From a virus (lineage: Duplodnaviria > Caudoviricetes), in IMG/VR virus record IMGVR_UViG_3300031813_000003, positions 64,001 through 128,000 of that record: a DNA stretch of 64,000 bases; one strand, given 5' to 3'. The notes under the pieces are model-generated. The model had not been told where the DNA came from and searched no databases. It saw nothing but the letters and a program-made list of their open reading frames with translations. Of the stretch, positions 19,108-27,432 are shown piece by piece (the first letter of the stretch is position 1; each line of letters opens with the position of its first letter). Made by a program: the position numbers and the translations under genes.

Positions 19108-20094
19108 ATGAAAGAACTAGTAGAACAAAATAGAATTCTAATGATTACTACGGGTTCGCAAGTATATGGGGCCAGCACTCCTGAATCAGATCAGGATTTT
19201 AGCGGAATCTTTATTGCACCAAAGAGATACTACTTAGGGCTAGATAAAGTAGAAGAAGTTGATCTATCAATTGTTTCCAAATTAGAAAGCGGTAGAAATG
19301 ATAAGGATGCTATCGACTCCAAATACTATGAACTTCGTAAATTCATGCGCCTAGCTATGGAAAATAACCCTAACATTCTGGATCAGTTGTTCACCCCTGC
19401 TAATCAAGTTGTGTTTACCAATAGCTTTGGTGATCTAATACTGAAGAATGCACAGCTGTTCCCTCATAAGGGATTAAAAGACAAGTACCTTGGATATGCA
19501 TTCAGCCAGAAACATAAGATGATTATCAAAGTTGATAACTATGATGGTCTTAAAGATGCTTATGATTGGTTACACGAACAATGTGGTATTGTTGATGGTG
19601 GTCTTCTTGTTGAAGATTTCCATAATGGCAGGAAGCACAAACGTCTTCTTACCGAATTCAGGGATACTGCACCAAGTTGTTTCAAGTATGACCATCATAA
19701 TGTAACAATTGGTGATCTAAGTATTTCCATCAAAGACAGTATTTACAAAACTTGGATGAAAGTGCGGGATCGTTTAAGCAAGGTTGGTAACCGTGAAGAA
19801 CTTTACACCAAATACGGTTACGATACCAAATTCGGTATGCACCTTGTCAGACTGATGTTGGAGGGTAAAGAACTGTTGTTGACAGGGAAGCTAGAATACC
19901 CTTTAAAAGACCGTCAGATGCTCTTAGATATACGCAGTGGTAAATGGGCGAAGGAAGATATCGTTTCTTACTCTGAACAGCTAGAAAGCGAATTAGCTAC
20001 CCTTGCTGAAAGTTCTGATCTGCCTAGCAAGCCTAGGTACAAAGAAATCGAAGAACTTTTGATTTCGATGGTTGAAGAATGGTGGGTAAGATAA
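19108..20094 (+). CDS. RlaP-like (pol-beta superfamily) nucleotidyltransferase
   Basis: GSQVYG..TPESDQDFSG, NNPNILD, YDTKFGMHLVRL, LLDIRSG. Confidence 0.85.
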   Translation: MKELVEQNRILMITTGSQVYGASTPESDQDFSGIFIAPKRYYLGLDKVEEVDLSIVSKLESGRNDKDAIDSKYYELRKFMRLAMENNPNILDQLFTPANQVVFTNSFGDLILKNAQLFPHKGLKDKYLGYAFSQKHKMIIKVDNYDGLKDAYDWLHEQCGIVDGGLLVEDFHNGRKHKRLLTEFRDTAPSCFKYDHHNVTIGDLSISIKDSIYKTWMKVRDRLSKVGNREELYTKYGYDTKFGMHLVRLMLEGKELLLTGKLEYPLKDRQMLLDIRSGKWAKEDIVSYSEQLESELATLAESSDLPSKPRYKEIEELLISMVEEWWVR

Positions 20095-20108
20095 ATTAAA
20101 TTTTTAAA

Positions 20109-20167
20109 TTGACAAATAAATCCTCCTTTGATAGAGTTGTTTCGTAGCTCAAATCAAAGGAGGATTT
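20109..20167 (+). promoter_or_regulatory. early promoter with perfect 15-bp anti-SD/SD inverted repeat
   Basis: TTGACA-17-TAGAGT; AAATCCTCCTTTGAT / ATCAAAGGAGGATTT. Confidence 0.75.
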
Positions 20168-20170
20168 TTC

Positions 20171-20470
20171 ATGAGGAAAGCAACCGAGGTAAGTACTATC
20201 AAGACTCTGGTTGATGATACTGAAGTCAACCTTTACTCTAAGAAGCAATCTGATCGTTTTTACTCCCATATCAAAGAAAGACCTGATTCACAAACCAAAG
20301 TTGTCAAACAGGAATCTGATGGTATAATTGTCCTTCATCATTTCTTTCGTTACGAAAAAGGTTGGTTAGGTTACGTCCTTCTGCTTGGCCCACTTGGGGG
20401 AGAGAAGACCCTCCATGACGTATATGTATGGGAAACGCAGAAAGGTGAATTGTTTCTATCCAGAAAATAA
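20171..20470 (+). CDS. hypothetical early protein
   Basis: GGAGG SD. Confidence 0.65.
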   Translation: MRKATEVSTIKTLVDDTEVNLYSKKQSDRFYSHIKERPDSQTKVVKQESDGIIVLHHFFRYEKGWLGYVLLLGPLGGEKTLHDVYVWETQKGELFLSRK

Positions 20471-20487
20471 CATCCCAAGGAGGGAAT

Positions 20488-20784
20488 ATGTCAGTCTTAA
20501 ATTTCGCTCATAAAGTTGCGGTTCTTCGTGAAAGTATCAATCAAGGTTACGAAAGTCTTTCTGAGTTTGAAGCTCAATATCACTCTGAATGCGCCATGTT
20601 TGGTGATGCAGGGCCAGGACAATATCTCACTATCCAAAGTATCAAAGAGGATATCAAAAAAGAAGAAGAGGTTCTTATATCTCTCATGAACACCCCTATC
20701 GGGAAAGCACTCAAAGCTTTCGAACAACGTAAGCATGAAGCGTATATAGCAACCCTCACTGATGATGATCTCATTCCATTTTAA
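20488..20784 (+). CDS. hypothetical protein
   Basis: AAGGAGG SD. Confidence 0.65.
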   Translation: MSVLNFAHKVAVLRESINQGYESLSEFEAQYHSECAMFGDAGPGQYLTIQSIKEDIKKEEEVLISLMNTPIGKALKAFEQRKHEAYIATLTDDDLIPF

Positions 20785-20989
20785 AGGAGTATTCTATAAT
20801 GAATATATATGTAAAGATTGGAACACACTCATTGGAATGTGTGAAGGTTTGTAGGAAACGTAATCTTCCTAAGAGTGGCGAAATCATAGCGATAAAGAAA
20901 CTTCATCATGGGGCAAAAGAAGAGAAGATCAGGATAGAATCTGTGAATAGCGCAGGTTTCTATTTTGCATCATACTAAAGGAATATTAC

Positions 20990-21172
20990 ATGGATAAGTT
21001 AGAAAAAATAATGCGGTTCAGATGTGAAGGATGTGATTATTTTGGTGTTACTGTCGATGGTATCAAACAAAATGGTTGGTGCTATATGTTTGGTGATTTT
21101 ATGATGAACTGCAAACAGTACTCATATACTATGACCGCAGAACATACACATCATGCATTGACAGGGGAATAG
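20990..21172 (+). CDS. small Cys-rich protein
   Basis: AAGGA SD; CEGC..C..C. Confidence 0.5.
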   Translation: MDKLEKIMRFRCEGCDYFGVTVDGIKQNGWCYMFGDFMMNCKQYSYTMTAEHTHHALTGE

Positions 21173-21517
21173 ATGGAAGACTTAATACTTAAATTCACTC
21201 TAGATGATCCGAAACCAGAACCAGATAACTGTAAAGGATTGTACTTCAGGGGCTATAATAACTTCTATTCTCAAGGGATAAATGTACATCGTAAACAAGG
21301 TGTTAAGTTCCTGAAGAGAAAGTCTTGCCCTGGATGTAAGTATTGTAGTTGGTATTATGATCAGATGAATGAAATGCTTCAATCCGATTGTGTACTTTTG
21401 CCTGAGATAGAACATGGGGCTTTATATTCTATTCGTGTAATTAATGAATCAAGAGATTGGGAAACTGGATATATTGATCAATATGATTTTGAGTTTTATG
21501 AAGTCGAGGAGAATTAA
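21173..21517 (+). CDS. hypothetical protein
   Basis: KRKSCPGCKYC, SRDWETG. Confidence 0.6.
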   Translation: MEDLILKFTLDDPKPEPDNCKGLYFRGYNNFYSQGINVHRKQGVKFLKRKSCPGCKYCSWYYDQMNEMLQSDCVLLPEIEHGALYSIRVINESRDWETGYIDQYDFEFYEVEEN

Positions 21518-21693
21518 TGAAAGTCGGAGATACAGTTAAAATAATTCAAAGTCGATATATTACAGAATTGAAGAATAGAGTTCACCCTGTAAAAGGTGTG
21601 GTTACTAGGATAGATGGTATGTATATATATGTAAAACCTCATAGGTGTGATTGGGAGCTTGAGGCATACCCAAATGAATTACGAATGTTTTAA
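21517..21693 (+). CDS. small SH3/KOW-like protein
   Basis: MKVGDTVKII...GVVTRIDG...YPNEL; coupled TAATG. Confidence 0.5.
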   Translation: MKVGDTVKIIQSRYITELKNRVHPVKGVVTRIDGMYIYVKPHRCDWELEAYPNELRMF

Positions 21694-21701
21694 AATAAAA
21701 A

Positions 21702-21730
21702 TTGACATAAAAATGATCTTTTGCTATAGT
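21702..21730 (+). promoter_or_regulatory. sigma70-type early promoter
   Basis: TTGACA-17-TATAGT. Confidence 0.7.
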
Positions 21731-21779
21731 TGATTTACGAACTGAGGCGAAACAACTTAACCCACAGAGGAGATTTACC

Positions 21780-22073
21780 ATGAGCAAAGCAACCAAGACC
21801 ATCACTTCCGCAGACGTTTCCTCCATCATCAAGACCATTCCGAATGGTCACATGTTCACCGCAACCTTCGTTAAGGCAAACGGCGAAACTCGCAAGATGA
21901 ATTGCCGCACTGGTGTGGTGAAATACCTCAACCCGAATCCTTCGAGGGTCAAAGCACCGAATCCTTCGCATCTGGTAACCGTCTACGATGTCAAGAGCAA
22001 AGGTTACCGCACGATCAACTGCACTACGGTCACCAAGATCGTTGCTGAGAAACGGGTCTTCGCAGTAGCGTAA
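21780..22073 (+). CDS. SH3/Sm-like (WYL_2-type) beta-barrel protein, copy 1
   Basis: FTATFVKANGETRKMNCRTGV...VTVYDVKSKGYRTIN. Confidence 0.7.
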   Translation: MSKATKTITSADVSSIIKTIPNGHMFTATFVKANGETRKMNCRTGVVKYLNPNPSRVKAPNPSHLVTVYDVKSKGYRTINCTTVTKIVAEKRVFAVA

Positions 22074-22085
22074 TCAACAATTTTA

Positions 22086-22156
22086 TATGAGGTAATTAGG
22101 ATATGGTTTAAGATGCCTGTGAAAAGGTTGGAAGAAACCGTCCTAATTACCTCATA
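22086..22156 (+). other. long intergenic stem-loop (16-bp perfect arms)
   Basis: TATGAGGTAATTAGGA / TCCTAATTACCTCATA, inner TGGTTT/AAACCG and CCT-gtgaaa-AGG. Confidence 0.7.
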
Positions 22157-22203
22157 GTTTATTAAATTGACAACATCCAACTTATATGATAAAAGGATAT
22201 GTT

Positions 22204-22383
22204 ATGTATAAAGAATTATGTTTTATATTAGTTTTTATTAATTTGGGTGTTGCTGTGTTTAATGCAGCTATTTCCTACTACTTTAGACCAACATGCAAAG
22301 TTTCAATCTACTGTGCCAGATTTTCGTTTCTGTATGGAATTGGATGTTTGGTGTATTACTCGGCTAAGGGTTATCTCAACTAA
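22204..22383 (+). CDS. small membrane protein
   Basis: AAGGA SD; hydrophobic. Confidence 0.5.
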   Translation: MYKELCFILVFINLGVAVFNAAISYYFRPTCKVSIYCARFSFLYGIGCLVYYSAKGYLN

Positions 22384-22395
22384 AGGAGATTCTGT

Positions 22396-22704
22396 ATGAA
22401 AAAGGCAAAGAAATCGTCAAGAGAACAGGTAATCACCCCAGGAGATATCCATACTCTACTTTCTATCATACCCAAAGGTCACACTTTTAGTGTCCTCTTC
22501 ACCAAGAAGGATGGGCAAGCTAGACTGATGGATTGCCGTATGGGTGTGAAGGCATACCTCAATCCGAATCCTTCAAGGCCCAAACCAGCAATGCCTGAAA
22601 ACATAGTGACTGTGTTCGATATGCAGAAAAAAGCATATCGCCACATCAATATCGATACGACAATCACTATCAAAGCCGAAGGGTCTACTTTCTATGTCCG
22701 GTAA
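22396..22704 (+). CDS. SH3/Sm-like (WYL_2-type) beta-barrel protein, copy 2
   Basis: FSVLFTKKDGQARLMDCRMGV..YLNPNPSR..VTVFDMQKKAYRHIN, clear paralogue of 21780. Confidence 0.7.
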   Translation: MKKAKKSSREQVITPGDIHTLLSIIPKGHTFSVLFTKKDGQARLMDCRMGVKAYLNPNPSRPKPAMPENIVTVFDMQKKAYRHINIDTTITIKAEGSTFYVR

Positions 22705-22879
22705 AATATACTTCAGACCTAATTCCAGTGAACGTGATCCGCATAGATGTTATTGTGGATCATGTAAAAAGTACTTTAACCCATACACAGCACCTAAATA
22801 TCAAAATTACACAGGTATTCCTGATACATTTCAATGCCCTTTGTGTGGGCATATTGGTGAAGTTGACAGAGATTATTAA
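22694..22879 (+). CDS. small Zn-ribbon protein
   Basis: CGSC...CPLCG. Confidence 0.55.
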   Translation: MSGKIYFRPNSSERDPHRCYCGSCKKYFNPYTAPKYQNYTGIPDTFQCPLCGHIGEVDRDY

Positions 22880-22885
22880 AAGCCA

Positions 22886-23058
22886 TGCTAGGCTTGCTAC
22901 CTAGCTAGTGGGGATGACACCCCATGATCGAAGCGGAGTAGCTACCGCAAAAAACAGGGTAGAGGTCAACCTTAGACTCCTGATAGCAGTAGGGTCAGAG
23001 TAGGAACGGTGGAGGGAAGTTATGTGACTATCCCCATGAAGCTGTCCAACTCCTGCTG
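22886..23058 (+). ncRNA. candidate structured RNA (several hairpins plus K-turn helix), class unknown
   Basis: GC-rich gap with no credible ORF; four hairpins then ACGGU-GGA-GGGA...UCCC-CAUGAA-GCUGU; G-U pairs favour + strand. Confidence 0.55.
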
Positions 23059-23088
23059 AAGTTAAATCTAAATCAAAAGGAAGCAAAA

Positions 23089-23430
23089 TTGGAACCTCTT
23101 ACTGTATTTTTATTGATCTTTGTTTTTGCTGCTAGTACTGTTGCTTCAATAAGGTATACAAGTTGTTTTGAACTATTTATGGTGTGCGTCATTGGAACTA
23201 TGTTCATGGTAATGGTATCATTTATTGATGATTCTTCACACATAGACCATGAATTGCTTGATCATAAAGTAATAGAAACACCAACAGAGATAATTGTAGT
23301 GACTCCTTCAAGGAATTTCACTTTCAAATCAATTGAAGATAGGTCTGCTCTGACTGCAAAAAGATTTTTCATCAGGAAGTACAAGAATGCTTGGGGAATA
23401 GATATAGACCAAACATTAGTTTGGTTATAA
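23089..23430 (+). CDS. membrane-anchored protein (paralogue of 23443)
   Basis: Two N-terminal TM segments; EDRS..AKRFFI..WG. Confidence 0.6.
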   Translation: MEPLTVFLLIFVFAASTVASIRYTSCFELFMVCVIGTMFMVMVSFIDDSSHIDHELLDHKVIETPTEIIVVTPSRNFTFKSIEDRSALTAKRFFIRKYKNAWGIDIDQTLVWL

Positions 23431-23442
23431 AGGAGATTTTAA

Positions 23443-23808
23443 ATGGATACCATTACTATTTCGTTTTTGCTTACAATAATATTATTTGTTTGTGGGATAG
23501 TATTAATAAAAAAGTATAATGAAGATGATTTAGGTGCAATTCTTATGCTGATAGGAATTATTATAGGAACTATTGCAATTGTATGGTCTTTTAACAAAGA
23601 ATATCCTACGACAAATATACCTGTGCAGGTTTTAATTTTTGATCACAAAAGTAAACTTCTTGTAGAGGTTAATGATAATGTTGAATCACCTTTTGAATTT
23701 ACTAAGCTAGAAGATAGAAGTATGTTCCAAGCTAAACGATTCTATATTCAAAACTATAATAACTATTGGGGAATGGAAATGACACCTAAACTCAAATGGG
23801 AGAAATAA
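23443..23808 (+). CDS. membrane-anchored protein (paralogue of 23089)
   Basis: Two TM segments; EDRS..AKRFYI..WG. Confidence 0.6.
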   Translation: MDTITISFLLTIILFVCGIVLIKKYNEDDLGAILMLIGIIIGTIAIVWSFNKEYPTTNIPVQVLIFDHKSKLLVEVNDNVESPFEFTKLEDRSMFQAKRFYIQNYNNYWGMEMTPKLKWEK

Positions 23809-23809
23809 A

Positions 23810-24205
23810 ATGTCTAAACTGATTATAGTAAGAGGGTTGCCTGGGTCTGGTAAGTCAACCGTAGCAAAGTCTTTCGGTCTGTTCCATGTGGAAGCTGACA
23901 TGTTCTTCATGCACGATGGTGTGTATGATTGGGACGCTGGAAGAGTATCTAAAGCACATCGTTGGTGTGCTGATATGGTACGGACTGCAATGATTAATGG
24001 ATCAGATGTTGCGGTATCTAATACCTTCACTCAGAAGTGGGAACTTCAGAACTACATCGAAATCGCATCACAGTACAACTACGATGTAAGGGTGATCCGT
24101 TGTATTGCTGATTTTGGTAATGTTCATTCTGTCCCTGCCGAAGCACTTGCCAAAATGAAAGCAAGGTTTGAAGACTACGAGGGCGAAGAGATTTATGTTC
24201 CTTAA
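23810..24205 (+). CDS. AAA_33 P-loop kinase (polynucleotide kinase-like)
   Basis: IIVRGLPGSGKST, EADMFF, VSNTFT..WE, HSVP. Confidence 0.8.
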   Translation: MSKLIIVRGLPGSGKSTVAKSFGLFHVEADMFFMHDGVYDWDAGRVSKAHRWCADMVRTAMINGSDVAVSNTFTQKWELQNYIEIASQYNYDVRVIRCIADFGNVHSVPAEALAKMKARFEDYEGEEIYVP

Positions 24206-24530
24206 TGTCGATACGTTTCTGTTGATCCTATGGGTACATTTCATAGCTGACTTCGTACTACAATCCTCCCAAATGGCTCAAAACAAGTCCACAAGCGTCA
24301 AATGGCTTTCGATCCATGTGGTGACCTACACTTTGCCATTGCTCCTATTTGGATGGAAATTTGCGCTTCTAAATGGTATTGCGCATTGGTGCGTTGACTT
24401 CGTTACCTCCAAATATACCAAACGTCTTTGGGAAGCTAAAGAGGTACACTATTTTTTCGTTGTCATTGGGTTAGATCAGGTTATTCATATGTCATTTTTG
24501 TATGGTAGTTATAACCAATTCTTAAAATAA
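24195..24530 (+). CDS. DUF3307-like membrane protein
   Basis: HFIADFVLQ..MA..K, H..VD, GLDQVIH. Confidence 0.75.
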   Translation: MFLNVDTFLLILWVHFIADFVLQSSQMAQNKSTSVKWLSIHVVTYTLPLLLFGWKFALLNGIAHWCVDFVTSKYTKRLWEAKEVHYFFVVIGLDQVIHMSFLYGSYNQFLK

Positions 24531-24541
24531 AGGGATATTAA

Positions 24542-24790
24542 ATGTTTACAAGATTTGAAATTGTATCTGATATAAAATTTTTTGGAGTTAAACTTATTAC
24601 TGTTGATGGAATACCAGTTGCAGGATTGCAACTTGTTCATGATGATTTGAACAATGATGCTATTGTATGGAAAACATTAGGAGAAACAGTTAAAATTAAG
24701 AATAGAACTGAATCGAATGGACGTAACTGGAAGTGTAAAGTTATTGAAATTTCTCCTTATAGTGTCATAAATTATCGTGAAGTAGAATAG
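24542..24790 (+). CDS. hypothetical protein
   Basis: AAGGGA SD. Confidence 0.55.
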   Translation: MFTRFEIVSDIKFFGVKLITVDGIPVAGLQLVHDDLNNDAIVWKTLGETVKIKNRTESNGRNWKCKVIEISPYSVINYREVE

Positions 24791-24799
24791 GAGAGTAAA

Positions 24800-25285
24800 A
24801 TGAGTAGTATTACAGTATTTACAGAACATGGTGTTGAATATCGTCAAGAGTATGAAGCATCTTTGATTTCAATTGAACAAGATAATGTTAAACTAAGTGA
24901 AATCAGAATCATAAATGGTAAATTTCATACAGTAGCTTATGTTGAAAAAGTTAGAAAGAAGTGGTATAAACCACAAGTATACCGAATTTGCTGGTTACCA
25001 TTCAAAAATAGGCAGTCTTATATCAATGAGCAAACAGTTGAAGAGGTCAATATTCTTATTGCTGGTATGGCAGAACTTAAACTAGGGCTAGAAACATGGC
25101 AGAATGAAATTGAAGAATGGAAAGCAAGACAGGCTGATCATATCAAAGACCTTGGGTTAGGAATGCACAATTTTCAAAATTCATTTGATAATAGAGAAGA
25201 AAAAATCGAAGTTCTTGAAAAGAATATTCGAACTCTTGATAAGAAAATCAAGGACTTGAGTATTGTTGTTCCTCGTACCAGATAA
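24800..25285 (+). CDS. hypothetical protein with coiled coil
   Basis: AGGAG SD. Confidence 0.6.
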   Translation: MSSITVFTEHGVEYRQEYEASLISIEQDNVKLSEIRIINGKFHTVAYVEKVRKKWYKPQVYRICWLPFKNRQSYINEQTVEEVNILIAGMAELKLGLETWQNEIEEWKARQADHIKDLGLGMHNFQNSFDNREEKIEVLEKNIRTLDKKIKDLSIVVPRTR

Positions 25286-25301
25286 AAATTTTGATTAAAA
25301 T

Positions 25302-25360
25302 TTGACAAACCGATCTCCTTCATGATAGGGTAGATTATCCTTTCATGAAGGAGATTTTTA
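25302..25360 (+). promoter_or_regulatory. promoter embedded in terminator-like anti-SD hairpin
   Basis: TTGACA-18-TAGGGT; ATCTCCTTCATGA / TCATGAAGGAGAT then TTTT. Confidence 0.65.
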
Positions 25361-25373
25361 TTTACGGAGATTT

Positions 25374-25640
25374 ATGAATATTCCAGATTTAATTAACGGT
25401 AGTTTTGAGTTGTGTGGTGGATTGCTTTGTTGGTTTAATGTCAAAAAGCTTTTAATAGAGAAAGAAATCAAAGGTGTTTATTGGCCTATCCAAGGATTCT
25501 TCTCTGCCTGGGGTCTTTTTAACATTTTCTTTTATAGTAATTTACAACAATGGTCTTCTTTCCTTGGTGGAATCTTCATGGTTATAGCTAACATCACTTG
25601 GGTTGTGTTGGCTTGGTATTATACTAAAGCTAACCAATAA
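25374..25640 (+). CDS. PQ-loop/SemiSWEET-like small membrane protein
   Basis: Three hydrophobic helices, K..KGV motif. Confidence 0.55.
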   Translation: MNIPDLINGSFELCGGLLCWFNVKKLLIEKEIKGVYWPIQGFFSAWGLFNIFFYSNLQQWSSFLGGIFMVIANITWVVLAWYYTKANQ

Positions 25641-26343
25641 TTAGTTGCCAATTTTTACATTTTCCACTCATTATCTTTCGGTTCAATGTTAAAGATTTAC
25701 TAAAGGTTTGCCAAGCATACCCATTTTCTTTACACCATTCTTGTATGTTAGAGAAATTTGTAAAATGAATCACTATATCATCTGCTGTTATGATTTTGTA
25801 ATCTTTTTGCCGAGCTCTCCTTAAATTGATTGACATTTGTTTTCTACTCTCATCACTTTTATAAAATTCTTTTATTCCATCTGATTGTCTCTTACGTTTT
25901 TCATCAGATGCTTTTTTACCATAGTTTGGATTTTTTGTCGGGTCTTTATATAATGCTTTTTTACTTTGTGATATAAGTTTTCTAGTTTCTGGAGAATTTA
26001 CTCTAACATAAGCATTATTTTTGGCTAACCAAATAGAATATGTTTCAGGATCATTGAAATTTATTCTATTACCTCCACTACCACCAATACACATATTATA
26101 TGTATCTTTACGATCAACAAACCATTGATCTACAATTTGAGTTTCCAACTCATATGCATGATCAACATCAAGACAATAATGAAGTATTTGGTATGTGAAC
26201 TTATCTTTACCATATTTTTTAACAGCTAATGATAATAGTTTACCAGAACCAATATAACCATCGTTTAGATTATAAGTAGAATGAACACCGATATACATTT
26301 TTAAATTGACAATGTTTGTAGTTAGATATACAATATGATACAT
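25630..26343 (-). mobile_element. GIY-YIG (Seg-like) homing endonuclease, paralogue of 242-943
   Basis: MYHIVYLTTN..YIGVHS..YIGSGKLL; NPNYGKKAS NUMOD3-like; GATAAATA late motif at 26371-78. Confidence 0.85.
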
Positions 26344-26446
26344 AATAAGTTACCTCTATAGTTTTATTAGTATTTATCTAAAATAGGATGGAACCTTTTA
26401 TATTACGGATAAACTATAGAAATAATTAAACTAAAGGAGAAATGAA

Positions 26447-27118
26447 TTGAACAAACTAATGAAGTCCCTAGAGGAACTAATAGAACTTAAAGCAGATAAT
26501 CAAGATTTAAAAAAAGAACTTTCCTCACTTCTAAAAATGTTGAAGGTTGGATTTGAATCTACCACAAAGGGAATGGAAAAAATCCCCAAACTATATGCAA
26601 CCAATGATACTGAAAAGATCATGGCATTCTATAACTCTTTCGGTAACCAAATAAACGCCATGAAACTATCAGGGAACTTTGAAAAGTTTGCTGAATTCCT
26701 ACGCATCACCTATGGGATAAATATCTCGTTCACTTCAGAAACTGCACCAAACATTCATTACATCAAGAAACCAAAGAAACTTCAGAAGTTTCAAGACCTG
26801 TTCAACCGTTATTTCCTTGAAGAAGCACCAAGGTCTGCTGCTGAAGCAGTAACTAAAATTCTCAATTCTCTGGATAAATTAACCAAAGAAAATATCTCAG
26901 AGAATGATACAATTAAAGAAACTCTCAAGGGTATTATCGAAGCACAGAATGAACATTCTCCTGCGACTGTTAAGACTATGGACAAGATTCTTACTTCAGC
27001 TAGGATCAAATCTCTTAGTGTTGAAGATGTAGCAAATGATGCAGAAGAAAAGCTAAACCTACAGCAGCAAGGGATTGACCTTGTACTCAAGGAGAACTCA
27101 ACAGACAAAGAGGACTAA
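26447..27118 (+). CDS. hypothetical protein
   Basis: AAGGAG SD, 223 aa. Confidence 0.65.
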   Translation: MNKLMKSLEELIELKADNQDLKKELSSLLKMLKVGFESTTKGMEKIPKLYATNDTEKIMAFYNSFGNQINAMKLSGNFEKFAEFLRITYGINISFTSETAPNIHYIKKPKKLQKFQDLFNRYFLEEAPRSAAEAVTKILNSLDKLTKENISENDTIKETLKGIIEAQNEHSPATVKTMDKILTSARIKSLSVEDVANDAEEKLNLQQQGIDLVLKENSTDKED

Positions 27119-27120
27119 TT

Positions 27121-27432
27121 ATGGAATGGTGGAACGATCTTAATGTAAAAAAGATGTACGCAGTAGGGCAATCATTTGACGGTAAATCAATTGATGGTGA
27201 TCAAGTTGGTTGTTGGATGATGGAAGGTATTTTTGAAACTGAACAAGAAGCAATCAAACATTGTACTAAAGATGATTGGTTTGTTGTACCAGTTCCTGTT
27301 GGAATGCTTACTGGTTATGCTATCCCTGATGGAATGTTTTGGCCCAATCTTCAGAGTAAAGAAGAAGGATTAGAAAGAATTAGATTATTTAGGTTAGGGT
27401 TATTAGATGAAGAGGAAGGTTCAGGTTGTTAA
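27121..27432 (+). CDS. hypothetical protein
   Basis: GAGGA SD. Confidence 0.6.
   Translation: MEWWNDLNVKKMYAVGQSFDGKSIDGDQVGCWMMEGIFETEQEAIKHCTKDDWFVVPVPVGMLTGYAIPDGMFWPNLQSKEEGLERIRLFRLGLLDEEEGSGC

Noticed and set aside
21636-21673. H-type pseudoknot CCTCA/TGAGG with TTGGG/CCCAA
   Set aside because: 5-bp stems inside a plausible 58-aa ORF (21517-21693); likely chance
22991-23058. SAM-I riboswitch
   Set aside because: Only the P2 K-turn and CCAACTCCTGC resemble it; P1 and the SAM-binding P3 are missing and downstream genes are unrelated to sulfur metabolism
22886-23058. tRNA, tmRNA, SRP or CRISPR/TIGR array
   Set aside because: No cloverleaf with TTC T-loop, no tag frame, no repeated units with spacers, and no Cas or Nop-domain gene recognised
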